Shown: positions 54,404 through 64,000 of the stretch, in pieces
How positions within the stretch are numbered: the first letter of the stretch is position 1
How the letters are laid out: each line of letters opens with the position of its first letter
NCBI GenBank assembly: GCA_938015295.1
Contig: CALLQB010000031.1
Span: 1 to 64,000, forward strand
Direction: 5' to 3'
Length of the DNA stretch: 64,000 nucleotides
Source: an uncultured Acidimicrobiales bacterium
GTDB lineage: Bacteria > Actinomycetota > Acidimicrobiia > Acidimicrobiales > SHLQ01
Notes under the pieces: model-generated
What the model saw: only the letters and a program-made list of their open reading frames with translations
Databases searched by the model: none
Told to the model about the DNA's origin: nothing
Position numbers and translations under genes: made by a program

Positions 54404-54497
54404 GGCTGTCCTGCAATGAGGCTGTCTTGAAATAGGGCTGTCCTGCAATGAGGCTGTCTTGAAATAGGGCTGTCCTGCAATAGGGCTGTCCTGTTAC
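54392..54497. repeat. Tandem repeat: 32-bp unit x3.3, equivalent to six alternating 16-bp units (AGGGCTGTCCTGCAAT / GAGGCTGTCTTGAAAT)
   Basis: Read directly: the period is exactly 32 (unit starts at 54392, 54424 and 54456). It begins in the last codons of the FN3 lipoprotein gene and ends 55 nt before the URC1-like start. Confidence 0.95.
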
Positions 54498-54552
54498 CAA
54501 CACCCATTTTCGGCCGATACTAGAACTATCTAGCAAGTGATTCGAGGCTGCC

Positions 54553-55788
54553 ATGGATCCCCACGTCGTTCTAACTTCTCACACCGCACATAAGTCTGAA
54601 CGCTTTGTGGACGTGAACTGGGGCGCGCCGGATCCTGCCACCCGGGGCCCCGTGGTTGGCACCATCTCGAACAAGGCCGACCGAAATGCGATTGGCAGCC
54701 ACGGCGGCAGCTATTCGATCTACCGGGCGCTCTCCATTGCGCAAGGTGCGTTTCCGCTCGATCATCGGCCCGATCTCACCGATACCGAACCCACTACCGA
54801 TATCGAGCCGCAGCCCTCGTGGGGACGAGAGGGCGCCATTGTTTCGCTCGACCCGTGGGGCGCAAACATCAAGCGCTATTTCGGCGAGCACCTCGAAAAT
54901 GGCTACAACGTGCAGCCGACGATCGCAGTCACCCAGGCACACCTGCAACTCCCCGAGATTCGCGAAGCGATTGCCGACGGACGTCTCGAGGTCGACGACG
55001 AATTTGTTCGTGCACAAGGTGACGTTGCCGTGACGAAGGTAGCGATCGATCCGGTATGGCATCTGCCGTCGATGGCCAGTCGCTTCGGGATCGAAGAACC
55101 CACCCTGCGTCGGGTGCTCTATATGGAGACGGGCGGAATGTATCCCGAGCTTGTAACTCGACCCGATCTCGAAATCTTGCTTCCGCCAATCGGCAGCACC
55201 ACAGCCTACGTCTTTGGGGATCCGGCCGACCTCGCCAAACCCGAGGTGGAGTTGACACTTCGGGTACACGATGAATGCAACGGGTCCGACGTTTTTGGCT
55301 CTGACATCTGCACGTGTCGGCCCTATCTCACATGGGCCATCGAGGACGCCGCCCGCACCGCGCAACGAGGTGGAGTCGGCCTTGTTGTGTACTACCGGAA
55401 AGAAGGCCGAGCGCTTGGCGAGGTCACCAAGTTCATGGTGTACAACGCCCGCAAACGACAAGACGGCGGCGACATGGCGTCGACCTACTTCGAACGCACT
55501 GAATGTGTCGCTGGGGTCCAAGACGCGAGGTTCCAGGAGCTCATGCCCGACGTGTTGCAGTTTTTCGGCATCACAAAGATCCACAATCTCCACTCGATGA
55601 GCAACATGAAGTACGACGCTATAGCTGGCGGCGGCATCGACGTGGTCAACCGCCTGAGTCTCCCGTCCGAGTTGATCCCGGCCGATGCGGTCGTGGAAAT
55701 CGAAGCGAAGAAGGCTGCTGGCTATTTCACCGACGAAGAGATCGTTGGCGACCTCGACAGTGTCGTTGGACGGACCCTCGACGAATGA
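54553..55788 (+). CDS. GTP cyclohydrolase II-like protein of the URC1 type
   Basis: 411 aa. RVHDECNGSDVFGSDICTCRPYL matches the RibA Zn/GTP motif (RVHSEC..GDVFGS..CDC). The extra N-terminal ~230 aa and the adjacency to DUF1688 and upp are typical of URC1 homologues. Confidence 0.75.
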   Translation: MDPHVVLTSHTAHKSERFVDVNWGAPDPATRGPVVGTISNKADRNAIGSHGGSYSIYRALSIAQGAFPLDHRPDLTDTEPTTDIEPQPSWGREGAIVSLDPWGANIKRYFGEHLENGYNVQPTIAVTQAHLQLPEIREAIADGRLEVDDEFVRAQGDVAVTKVAIDPVWHLPSMASRFGIEEPTLRRVLYMETGGMYPELVTRPDLEILLPPIGSTTAYVFGDPADLAKPEVELTLRVHDECNGSDVFGSDICTCRPYLTWAIEDAARTAQRGGVGLVVYYRKEGRALGEVTKFMVYNARKRQDGGDMASTYFERTECVAGVQDARFQELMPDVLQFFGITKIHNLHSMSNMKYDAIAGGGIDVVNRLSLPSELIPADAVVEIEAKKAAGYFTDEEIVGDLDSVVGRTLDE

Positions 55789-56993
55789 GCATCTTTGCCT
55801 CGTACGACCAGTTACTGAACGCCGAGGCGGTTCGGTCGCAAGCGGCTCGTGTCACGCAGCGTGTGCGAGACGGCGCCGGGCTCTTTGTGCTTCACGACGA
55901 CGCCATCGATGGCTGTGCGCAAAAGGTGGTCGACATCACGCTCGCCCGCTACCCCGACCTCGACATTCCCTATCACTCGCGGTGGCGTCATTTCTCCACA
56001 CCGGCAGCAACCGCACTCGAATCGCGGCTCTTCGAAGTGCTCGGTGAACAAGATCCGCAGGATGCGGCTCGTCTTGGGTTTGATCTTGTCATCCCGTCGG
56101 TGTTGCTCGACGCCGGAGCCGGGCCGGATTGGGGATTCCAGGCACCGGATGCCGATTCGCTCATTGGACGCAGCGAAGGGCTTGGGCTTGCTTCGCTCGA
56201 CATGTTTCTTGGCGGCGCATTCTCGACCAGCGGCGAAGCCCGTACCGATGCTGCAGCGCTGTCCGGTCTCACCGACGACGACCTCCGCCGCGGCTTTCAA
56301 GTAGACGACCAAAACCCACTTGTTGGCCTCGATGGGCGTCTGAACCTCCTGCGATCACTCGGCGCAACGATGATCGCCCGTCCGGATCTGTTCCCAACCG
56401 GCCGCCCCGGCGATCTGGTGACTCGCCTTACCGATGCGTTTGGCGACGAGATTCCGGCTCGCGAGATTCTGGGACTTGTCCTCGAGGCACTCTCCCCGAT
56501 TTGGCCCTCAGGTCGCTCAGAAGACACCGATGGCGTCGACCTTGGCGATGCTTGGCCCTATGCACCGTTTGGCGACGGACCCGACGCCATCGTGCCGTTT
56601 CACAAACTCTCTCAGTGGCTGACCTATTCGCTCGCCGAAACGTGCGAAAAGGGTGGGTTGACCGTCGTTGGTCTCGACGTGCTGACCGGTCTCCCCGAGT
56701 ACCGAAACGGCGGCCTGCTGTACGAAACCGGTGTGATCTCGCTGCGCGACGCCGTCCTGGCCGGATCGCTTCATACGCCCGGGAGCGAACTTATTGTCGA
56801 ATGGCGCGCCCTCACCATCAGCATCCTGGACGAGGTAGCCGACCTTGTGCGCGCCAAACTATCGCGTCCCGAGATGCTTCTCGCCGAGATCCTCGAAGGC
56901 GGGACATGGGCCGCTGGCCGCTCGCTTGCCTTCGATCGAACCCCCGATGGTTCACCCCCACTTCACCTCGATAGCGATGGGACGGTTTTTTGA
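55785..56993 (+). CDS. DUF1688 (URC4-like) protein
   Basis: The ATG at 55785 overlaps the upstream TGA. MSIFASYDQLLNAEAVR...YHSRWRHF... matches my recollection of the URC4/DUF1688 family. The assignment is from memory. Confidence 0.65.
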   Translation: MSIFASYDQLLNAEAVRSQAARVTQRVRDGAGLFVLHDDAIDGCAQKVVDITLARYPDLDIPYHSRWRHFSTPAATALESRLFEVLGEQDPQDAARLGFDLVIPSVLLDAGAGPDWGFQAPDADSLIGRSEGLGLASLDMFLGGAFSTSGEARTDAAALSGLTDDDLRRGFQVDDQNPLVGLDGRLNLLRSLGATMIARPDLFPTGRPGDLVTRLTDAFGDEIPAREILGLVLEALSPIWPSGRSEDTDGVDLGDAWPYAPFGDGPDAIVPFHKLSQWLTYSLAETCEKGGLTVVGLDVLTGLPEYRNGGLLYETGVISLRDAVLAGSLHTPGSELIVEWRALTISILDEVADLVRAKLSRPEMLLAEILEGGTWAAGRSLAFDRTPDGSPPLHLDSDGTVF

Positions 56994-57622
56994 TGTCGTT
57001 GCAGGTCCACACGATTACGCACCCGCTCGCGCAACAAGCGCTAGGTCAGGTGCGAAACAAAGAGACACCGAATCCGATTTTCCGCGCGGCTGTGGCCAAC
57101 CTGACCCGACAACTGGTGTACGCCGCAACGTCGGATCTCACGACCCGCACCGAACATATTTCGACGCCGTTCGCCGAGACCACCGTAGAGACGATCGACC
57201 AGCTGGTGTCGCCGATCGCTATCTTGCGGTCGGGCGCAGCGATGCTCGAAACCGCGATTGACACGCTGCCAGACGGACAAGCGGGCCACTTCGGCGTGTA
57301 TCACGACAAACGCGTCGGCGCGACGGTCGAGTATTACCTGAAACTTCCCGACGAGATCGCGAAGAGCCGCGTGCTGCTGCTCGACCCGGCAATCGGAACC
57401 GGCAAGACAGCGATCGCTGCCGTCGCCCGACTCCAAGAGTTCGGTGTTACCGACATTTGTTTTCTCACCCTTGTTGCGTCCAGTGGCGGACTCAACCTCA
57501 TCGGCGAGCACTTTCCTAATGTCGCGGTGTATGCGATTGCCACCATCGACAAGGTTGGGCCCAATGGTTATCTACTTCCGGGCATGGGCGACTTCGGCGA
57601 TCGGTACTACGGATCGAAGTAG
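56993..57622 (+). CDS. upp: Uracil phosphoribosyltransferase
   Basis: HPLAQQALGQVRNKET is Upp-like (HPL....L..LRD..T). It has the PRPP loop VLLLDPAIGTGKTA and C-terminal YLLPGMGDFGDRYYG. The start overlaps the upstream stop (TGATG). Confidence 0.9.
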   Translation: MSLQVHTITHPLAQQALGQVRNKETPNPIFRAAVANLTRQLVYAATSDLTTRTEHISTPFAETTVETIDQLVSPIAILRSGAAMLETAIDTLPDGQAGHFGVYHDKRVGATVEYYLKLPDEIAKSRVLLLDPAIGTGKTAIAAVARLQEFGVTDICFLTLVASSGGLNLIGEHFPNVAVYAIATIDKVGPNGYLLPGMGDFGDRYYGSK

Positions 57623-57713
57623 CCGCCTGATCGTGGAGCGGGCGGCAGAACTGGAGCGAGGTTTTTGACGACGGCTTTCGTGACGCCAACGATCACCGCC
57701 TAGTTTCAGCGGT

Positions 57714-58952
57714 ATGGCTATCGATTTCACTCTTTCTCCCGAGCACGAAGAAATTCGCGACCGCATCCGCACATTTATTAACGATGTGGTGAAGCCGGTC
57801 GAGCACACGATCGAGGGAGCCGATGGTGGCGAAGGCCTCACCGGTCGGGCCCGGATCGAGGCGTTGATCGAGCTTCGCAAGAAGGCGTACAAAGCTGGCC
57901 TGTGGCTTCCGCACATGCCGGTTGAAGTAGGCGGCATGGGTCTCGGACATGTGGCCATGGCGATGGTGCAGGCCGAGGCCGCAAAGTCTTACTACGGGCC
58001 CTGGGTGCTCAACGCACAGGCGCCCGACGAAGGCAACATGCACACTCTGCATCACTGGGCCACCGATGAGCAGAAGGAGAAGTACCTCAAGCCTCTGCTT
58101 GAGGGAAACACCTGGTCTTGTTTCGCCATGACCGAACCCGAGGTTGCCGGATCGGACCCGACACTCATTCAAACCAACGCCTACGAAGACGGCGACGAGT
58201 GGGTTATCAACGGCCACAAGTGGTTCATCTCGAACGCCCATCGAGCCAACTTCGCGATCCTTGTTGCCCGCACTGAAGAAAACCCCGACATTCCCCAAGC
58301 CGCAAACAGTGCGTTCCTGGTCGACCTTCCCAGTGAGGGCTGGAACGAGGTCCGCCAGATCGAAACCATGCACGGCGGCACTGGCCACAGCGAAATCCTC
58401 ATCGAGGACCTGCGCGTACACAAGGACCAAATGCTGGGCGGGCGCGGCCAAGGTCACCTACTCGGGCAATACCGTCTGGGGCCGGCCCGTCTCGCGCACT
58501 GCATGCGATGGATTAGCCAGGCCGAAACTGCCCTCGACATGATGGTCGACCGCTCGCTCAACCGGTTCTCTCACGGCTCGCTCCTGGCCGAAAAGCAGGG
58601 CATCCAGTGGATGATTGCCGACTCGGCGATGGAGCTCTACCAAGGCAAATTGATGGTGCTTCATGCAGCATCGAAGATCGACGCCGGCGAAGACTTCAAG
58701 GCCGAGGTCTCGATGGCCAAACACTTTGTGGCCAACTCGCTCGGGCGCATCATCGACCGGTCGATTCAGGTGCACGGTGCACTCGGCTACTCGACCGACA
58801 CTCCACTGGCGCACATGTACCAACACGCCCGCTGGGCGCGTTTCGCTGACGGAGCCGACGAAGTCCACCAGATGCGTATCGCCCAGCGAACTATCGCTGC
58901 GTACACCGATGACGGCACCACAAAGCGAGCAACCGGCAACCTGCCTATCTAG
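57714..58952 (+). CDS. Acyl-CoA dehydrogenase
   Basis: 412 aa. It has FAMTEPEVAGSD, INGHKWFISNA and QVHGALGYS. Confidence 0.9.
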   Translation: MAIDFTLSPEHEEIRDRIRTFINDVVKPVEHTIEGADGGEGLTGRARIEALIELRKKAYKAGLWLPHMPVEVGGMGLGHVAMAMVQAEAAKSYYGPWVLNAQAPDEGNMHTLHHWATDEQKEKYLKPLLEGNTWSCFAMTEPEVAGSDPTLIQTNAYEDGDEWVINGHKWFISNAHRANFAILVARTEENPDIPQAANSAFLVDLPSEGWNEVRQIETMHGGTGHSEILIEDLRVHKDQMLGGRGQGHLLGQYRLGPARLAHCMRWISQAETALDMMVDRSLNRFSHGSLLAEKQGIQWMIADSAMELYQGKLMVLHAASKIDAGEDFKAEVSMAKHFVANSLGRIIDRSIQVHGALGYSTDTPLAHMYQHARWARFADGADEVHQMRIAQRTIAAYTDDGTTKRATGNLPI

Positions 58953-58958
58953 CTACGG

Positions 58959-59636
58959 TCACAAACCTTCGAGAAACTCGGCGATGGCTTTGGCCACCGG
59001 CGCTCCGTGCTTCTTATGCACCGAGTGTCCGGCGTCGGCAATCACGACCGATGAGCGAACATCGAGATATTTTTCGAACACCGCGGCCGACGCAGCGAAT
59101 CGCTTGTCGTGTTCTCCGACGATGACCAGTGTCGGAGCAGTGATCTGATCGAGGTTGTCGATCACCCACGAGTCAATGTGTTTCGAGATCATCTCGCTGC
59201 CTTCCGGAACCTGAAACTTGGCGGCTGACGCATCGACCGAGTCGTTCCACTGCTCTCGGGCTTCGTCGTTACGAAAGCCGGGGCCGGCTGCCACCAGCAC
59301 AAGAGCACGCACCTGCTCGGGATGCACGAGCGCATGAGCAAGCGACAGATACCCGCCCAGCGAATGACCGACCAGCACGGCCGGTGTGCCGGCCTCCTCG
59401 ACAACCCGGGCCAGATCGGCCAATGCATGGTCGCGTGTGTACTCGCCCGGAGGTGGCACGTCGGACTTGCCGTGACCACGTAGGTCCCAGGCCACGTGCT
59501 CGACACCAGAATCAGCGTCGATCATCGCTGCAATAACGCCGTCCCAGGCGGTGGAATCATCGATCCAGCCGTGGGTATACACCAGCGAAGATCCGCCACC
59601 TGACCTACTGACATGGAGATTAATCGTTGGTACCAT
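58959..59636 (-). CDS. Alpha/beta-fold hydrolase
   Basis: It has HGW oxyanion-type THGWIDD, the nucleophile elbow GHSLGG, and a C-terminal DAGHSV. Confidence 0.85.
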   Translation of the reverse strand: MVPTINLHVSRSGGGSSLVYTHGWIDDSTAWDGVIAAMIDADSGVEHVAWDLRGHGKSDVPPPGEYTRDHALADLARVVEEAGTPAVLVGHSLGGYLSLAHALVHPEQVRALVLVAAGPGFRNDEAREQWNDSVDASAAKFQVPEGSEMISKHIDSWVIDNLDQITAPTLVIVGEHDKRFAASAAVFEKYLDVRSSVVIADAGHSVHKKHGAPVAKAIAEFLEGL

Positions 59637-59754
59637 TCGGTGAGCGTAGGCCCAATAGAGCCTCACCCCCTAGCTCATATTGCTATCCGTAGCGTTCCGG
59701 CGCACGGTGATTGGTTTCGTTTTGTCATCATTGAATCAACGCACGTTTGGTGCG

Positions 59755-61320
59755 ATGTCCGCTGCTCTCGTCGTTGCGGCGTTGCTCGCGGTGTCTCTCG
59801 CTTTTGTCAGTCCGGCTGCCGCTCAGGCGTCGAACTGCTCGTCTAGTCAGGTCGACCTGTCGACGGCGAACTGGTCGCAGGTCGCTCAACTCAACGGTAT
59901 GACCGACCGTGCAGCCAAGAAACTCGTCGCACTGCGAACCAAGGGAAAGATTGCGCAACTCGAGGATCTGCGGATTCTGCGCATCAACGACCGCCGCTTC
60001 CTCAGCTTCGCCAACGACGCCCGCTCGTGTTTCGACGGCCGTGCGGTGGCAGAACTGTTCCCCGATGCCATCTGTGCCACAGCAGACGCTCGCATCAATA
60101 CCGGCACCACTGGCTCGTTGGCCGAACGCATTGGCTGGAAAAACGCCCGACCGCTGGTAGCTGCACGTCCGATCGATAACCTCAGCGATGTCTCGGCAAT
60201 TCCCGAGCGTGGCAAGAAGATCCTCGGCCGGCTCGCTCGCAAGGGTGGCACGTGCCTCGACCCGGTCGCGCCCAACGCCGCAACTTCAATGGGTGCCGGC
60301 ACGTTCCTGGTTGGCTCACAGATTGTGCCCGGCCGCTACGTCGCCAAGAACGTGAGCGGTTGTTACTGGGAGCGCGGATCCGCCAAGACCAGCACGTCCG
60401 CAGCGGTCATTGCGTCGAAGTCCATCGGCAACGCCCAGCAGGTCATTGCCGATATTGCTTCGTCTGACACCAGCTTCACGTCCACTGGATGTGGCACCTG
60501 GGTTGCCGTCGCAGATGCGAACCTTTCAACGATCGACGGGGTGCCGGGCGATGGCGACTGGCTCATCGGCACACAGGTCACCGCGGGCATCTACCGGGCA
60601 TCGAGCCCCGCGGGCTGCACATGGGCACGTCAAGCTGGCCTAAGCGGCCAACCAACCGACCCGATCGACACAAGCCAGCTTCCGAGCAAACTCACCCTCA
60701 TCGACCTGCGCTCGAGCGACGCAGCCTTCACCAGCACCGGGTGCGGCACATGGGAGCTTGTGCCCGCCGCCTGCATGAACCAGCTTGAAGCGATCCATCC
60801 GGCCATCCCTGAGGTGAAACCTCACATCTACGGCGTTAGCGACTCGGTCCTGCTCTCCACCCGCTGGGAGATGGAGATGACCATGAAGAGCTTTACGTTC
60901 AACTGGGGTGGCTTTGGCGGTCTCAACACGCGCGACGCTCCACCGATTGTCGAGATCGAGATCGGCGAGCAGAAGGTGACCGGCACAACCGTCATCGTTG
61001 GCCTTGGGCACAACTACCGCGGCTCGATGCTGGCCGACTTCCCGGGCTACATCGACACGATGATCAACACCTTCCCGAGCCATGTCGATCGGGTCATCTG
61101 GGTCGCACCGAGCCGGTTCAACAGTACGATGCCCGATGTCGTCAGAATGCTGAACGAGGCAACAGCACGTTGGCCACAGATGGAGATCGCCGACTTCTGG
61201 ATTGAAGGCGACGCCCAGAACCACCCCGAGTGGTTCGAGGACGACCTGCATCACGATGCGGTTGGCCGTCAGGCAATATCTAACTACCTCAACGACAAGC
61301 TGCTGTTCCCCTGCGGCTAA
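59755..61320 (+). CDS. Secreted multidomain protein: ComEA-like helix-hairpin-helix motifs, two Cys-containing repeats and a C-terminal SGNH-type hydrolase
   Basis: It has the signal peptide MSAALVVAALLAVSLAFVSPAAAQA and an HhH-like DLSTANWSQVAQLNGMTDRAAKKLVALR. The repeat G.Y......GC.W.R....FTSTGCGTW occurs twice. SGNH blocks are YGVSDSV, GLGHN and DDLHH. Confidence 0.6.
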   Translation: MSAALVVAALLAVSLAFVSPAAAQASNCSSSQVDLSTANWSQVAQLNGMTDRAAKKLVALRTKGKIAQLEDLRILRINDRRFLSFANDARSCFDGRAVAELFPDAICATADARINTGTTGSLAERIGWKNARPLVAARPIDNLSDVSAIPERGKKILGRLARKGGTCLDPVAPNAATSMGAGTFLVGSQIVPGRYVAKNVSGCYWERGSAKTSTSAAVIASKSIGNAQQVIADIASSDTSFTSTGCGTWVAVADANLSTIDGVPGDGDWLIGTQVTAGIYRASSPAGCTWARQAGLSGQPTDPIDTSQLPSKLTLIDLRSSDAAFTSTGCGTWELVPAACMNQLEAIHPAIPEVKPHIYGVSDSVLLSTRWEMEMTMKSFTFNWGGFGGLNTRDAPPIVEIEIGEQKVTGTTVIVGLGHNYRGSMLADFPGYIDTMINTFPSHVDRVIWVAPSRFNSTMPDVVRMLNEATARWPQMEIADFWIEGDAQNHPEWFEDDLHHDAVGRQAISNYLNDKLLFPCG

Positions 61321-63566
61321 CGAGTTGCGCTGCTTTGCAGCGCTGCTAACACCCGACTGGGTGTTAACGGAAATTCGTTAAACCACACCCCGGTGGCATC
61401 GTGCACTGCTGCGATGACCGCCGGGGCGTAGGTGATATAGGGCATCTCGGCCATTCCTCGCACGCCCCAGGGGCCAAGGGGATCAGCCAACTCGAGGATC
61501 ACGCTCTCGACCTGTTCGGGGATATCGCCGATGCCGGGGATCAGGTACTGCGACAGCCTCGGGTTGAGGATGTGGCCTTCTTCGACCACAAGGTTTTCGC
61601 TGAGAACATAGCCATGCGCCTGCACCACTGCGCCTTCGATCTGCCCCTGCACCAGACGAGGGTTGATCGCCCGGCCCACATCGTGAGTACTGATTACTCT
61701 GTCAACCCGGATATGGCCGGTTTCGATGTCAACCGAGACGTCCACCGCCTGCGCCATGTAGCCGTAGGCGAAGTTCGGTTGACCGACACCGGTTTCGGGG
61801 TCGAGCGTCTCGGTCGGGGGTGGCGTAAAGCGAAACTTGCCTACCGCAGGTCGGTCGCCATCGCGCCACGCTTTTTCGGCTTCTTCGGCTGCCCCAAGGA
61901 TCGAGTTTCCGGCCATCCAGCTCAGCCGAGACGCCGACGCTGAACCTGAGTCGCCCGTAACCGCCGTATCGGAGAACGTGCCCCGAACGGCTTCGAGCGG
62001 AACTCCCGTGGCCTCGGCAGTCATCTGCAGGCATGCCTGGTGCATACCCTGACCAACCTCGGCGCCCGAATGGAACACCTCAGCACCGGTTGGAACATCG
62101 TCGGCGTCGGTACCAAAGAGGTGAATCTCGGCCTCGCAACGCTCGGGGAAACCGAAGCTGAAGCCGACATTCTTGTAGCCGACGGCGAACCCGCGTCCGT
62201 GTTTCACCGCAGCAGGTTCGCACGGCAGTGAGGCCACCGGGTTGAAGGGTGCAGGTTGTGAAATCTCCGAGGCCGACGCGGCACAGGCATCGATCACCTG
62301 CGGCAACGTAACGCCGGGAGGCATGATTGCCTGGGTGATACCTTCGCTTCCGTCTCGAAGCGTATTGATGCGTCGGATCTCAACCGGGTCGATACCGGTC
62401 GCTTCGGCGAGTTTGTTCATCTGTGTTTCGGCCACAAAGGCACCCTGGGGCCCACCAAACCCCCGGAAGGCGCCACCAGGAACAGCGTTGGTGTACACCG
62501 CATGGCTATCGATGCGGGCGTGAGGAATCTCGTACGCTCCGCCGACGCTGAGGTGGGCGTTTCCGAGCACCTTGTTCGACGTGTAGTTGTAGGCACCAGC
62601 GTCGAGCCAAACATCGGCCTCAACGGCCGTTATCTTTCCTTCGCTGGTCGCACCTAGCCGAGCAAAGATCGTCCCCCGGTGGCGTTTGTGGTGGCCGATG
62701 ATCGATTCTTCACGCGACCACCGACAATGCACCGGGCGGTCGATGCCGATCGCCCGTAGACGTTGCGCCGCGAGGGCAAGAACGATCTGCAAGGTCATGT
62801 CTTCTTTGCCGCCGAACGCTCCCCCGATAGCTGCGTACACCACGCGGACCTGCTCGTCGTCGAGATCGAGTGCGTGGGCTATTTGTTCGCGGTCTTCATG
62901 GGTCCACTGGCCACTTGTTTCAACCGTCAGCCGGCCTTGTTCGTCAACCCACGCGGTGGCCGCCTCGACCTGCAGATAGGCGTGCTCCTGATACGGAAGT
63001 TCGTAGCGCCCCTCGACGACAACGTCGGCTTCGGCCCAGCCGCGATCGATGTCGCCTTTGCGGATTTTGAGATCGTAGTACGAGTTGGTGCCAGCCTCTT
63101 CGTGTACCAAGGTGTCGTCGGATCGAGCTGCCTCGATGTCGGCGACGACCGGTAATTGTTCCCACTCCACAACGAGTGCCTCGGCTCCGGCGGTGGCTTG
63201 CTCGGCCGTTTCGGCAACAACAATGGCAATCTTGTCGGCTTCCCAGCGGCTGACGTCGGACGCAACCGTCGACCGGCCGGTAGCCCCCAGCCCGACCAGC
63301 ACCGGCTGGTCGAACATGGTGAGGCCATATTCATTTACCGGCACATCGGCTGCGGTGAGCACGAGGACGACACCGGGTGTTGCCTCAGCCAGCGACGTCT
63401 CGAGCGACAGCATGCGAGCGTGCGGTTGATTCGAAAAGACGATCTTCGCAAAAAGTGCGTCGGGAGCGACACCGTCAGCCGGATACCGGGCAGCGCCCGT
63501 GACTTTGCCAGCAGCGTCAAAGCGAATAGGCGACTGACCAACCGGACCGGAAGTTTGGGCGCTCAT
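61317..63566 (-). CDS. Molybdopterin-binding large subunit of a xanthine-dehydrogenase/aldehyde-oxidase family enzyme (CoxL-like)
   Basis: The ORF is trimmed to the ATG at 63566 ([28 protein letters not shown]). It has GGAFGGKE and the typical family length of 749 aa. The ATGA overlaps the small-subunit stop. Confidence 0.88.
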   Translation of the reverse strand: MSAQTSGPVGQSPIRFDAAGKVTGAARYPADGVAPDALFAKIVFSNQPHARMLSLETSLAEATPGVVLVLTAADVPVNEYGLTMFDQPVLVGLGATGRSTVASDVSRWEADKIAIVVAETAEQATAGAEALVVEWEQLPVVADIEAARSDDTLVHEEAGTNSYYDLKIRKGDIDRGWAEADVVVEGRYELPYQEHAYLQVEAATAWVDEQGRLTVETSGQWTHEDREQIAHALDLDDEQVRVVYAAIGGAFGGKEDMTLQIVLALAAQRLRAIGIDRPVHCRWSREESIIGHHKRHRGTIFARLGATSEGKITAVEADVWLDAGAYNYTSNKVLGNAHLSVGGAYEIPHARIDSHAVYTNAVPGGAFRGFGGPQGAFVAETQMNKLAEATGIDPVEIRRINTLRDGSEGITQAIMPPGVTLPQVIDACAASASEISQPAPFNPVASLPCEPAAVKHGRGFAVGYKNVGFSFGFPERCEAEIHLFGTDADDVPTGAEVFHSGAEVGQGMHQACLQMTAEATGVPLEAVRGTFSDTAVTGDSGSASASRLSWMAGNSILGAAEEAEKAWRDGDRPAVGKFRFTPPPTETLDPETGVGQPNFAYGYMAQAVDVSVDIETGHIRVDRVISTHDVGRAINPRLVQGQIEGAVVQAHGYVLSENLVVEEGHILNPRLSQYLIPGIGDIPEQVESVILELADPLGPWGVRGMAEMPYITYAPAVIAAVHDATGVWFNEFPLTPSRVLAALQSSATR

Positions 63567-64000
63567 GCGATCGTCGCGTTGTTGTCGGTGACCGACGCAG
63601 CTCGTTGAGCGGCCGCGGACTTCACCGCAGCGATGATGGGGTAATACCCCGTACAGCGACACAAGTTGCCGCTCAGGGCCATCTTGATTTGGTCGTCGGT
63701 GGGGTTCGGGATCTCGTCGAGCAGCGCCGAAGCGGCAACGATGAACCCCGGAATACAGAACCCGCATTGGGCGGCAAACTCATCGATGAACGCCTGCTGG
63801 ATGTGGTCGAGTGAGTCGTCGTCGCCAAGATGTTCGATAGTCACTACCGCCGAGCCCCCAGCTTGCGCGGCAGGCACTAGGCAACTCATGACCGCCGCTC
63901 CATCGAGCCGGACAGTGCACGCACCGCATTCGCCTTCGGCACATCCTTCCTTTACGCCAGCGAACCCGATGCCTGCGGATCCTGCTCGCTCATGAACGAC
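63563..64000 (-). CDS. [2Fe-2S]-binding small subunit (CoxS-like), truncated at the right edge
   Basis: My own translation from position 64000 gives ...[27 protein letters not shown]...CGFCIPGF...CRCTGY. Both Fe-S cluster motifs are present. Confidence 0.88.
   Translation of the reverse strand, partial: VVHERAGSAGIGFAGVKEGCAEGECGACTVRLDGAAVMSCLVPAAQAGGSAVVTIEHLGDDDSLDHIQQAFIDEFAAQCGFCIPGFIVAASALLDEIPNPTDDQIKMALSGNLCRCTGYYPIIAAVKSAAAQRAASVTDNNATIA

Noticed and set aside
54392-54497. Possible CRISPR array.
   Set aside because: The units are contiguous, with 16/32-bp periods and no unique spacers. No cas genes are present in the window.
1-64000. Search for tRNA, rRNA, integrase, transposase, prophage or cas genes.
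   Set aside because: None were recognised in any frame, and no cloverleaf-like or rRNA-like segments were seen in the intergenic regions. This was inspection by eye only, so small RNAs could have been missed.

Overview
The window reads as high-GC actinobacterial-type chromosome. Supporting markers are a Rv2466c-type DsbA-like protein, PIN-PhoH (PhoH2), truncated haemoglobin GlbO and a site-2 protease. It is densely coding, with about 60 protein genes on both strands. I found no rRNA, tRNA, transposase, integrase or CRISPR array.

Recognisable blocks, left to right:
- Sugar ABC permease (partial) and a DeoR regulator.
- PaaI thioesterase and MarR.
- bioB.
- An orphan DUF559 gene bracketed by a conserved palindromic repeat family.
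- A six-gene Liv-type ABC importer operon led by an acyl-CoA synthetase.
- VOC protein and PhoH2.
- M50 protease.
- A P450 / DsbA-like / GlbO run, followed by general redox and lipid-metabolism genes.
- surE and a large secreted protein of unknown function.
- RarD and a small methyltransferase cluster.
- NMO, flavodoxin, ATP-dependent DNA ligase and galK.
- A 1205-aa NERD plus double-kinase protein.
- A BcsA-like GT2-PilZ synthase cluster with two GH26 hydrolases.
- An SF2 helicase.
- A His-rich lipoprotein with membrane-protein partners.
- A URC1 / URC4(DUF1688) / upp cluster preceded by iteron-like 16-bp repeats.
- Acyl-CoA dehydrogenase, a hydrolase, a secreted HhH/SGNH protein and a Mo-hydroxylase (CoxL/CoxS-type, truncated at the right edge).

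Most notable observations:
1. An in-frame TGA sits exactly at the first Cys of the CxxC site of the DsbA/Rv2466c-type gene, giving a candidate UPWC selenoprotein.
2. The NERD-pseudokinase-kinase giant protein.
3. The PilZ-coupled glycan synthase paired with GH26 enzymes.
4. The bacterial URC-like pyrimidine cluster with tandem operator-like repeats.
5. A sequence-conserved hairpin repeat family with G-rich flanks.

All functional calls come from reading the translations and recalling family motifs. No database search was run.
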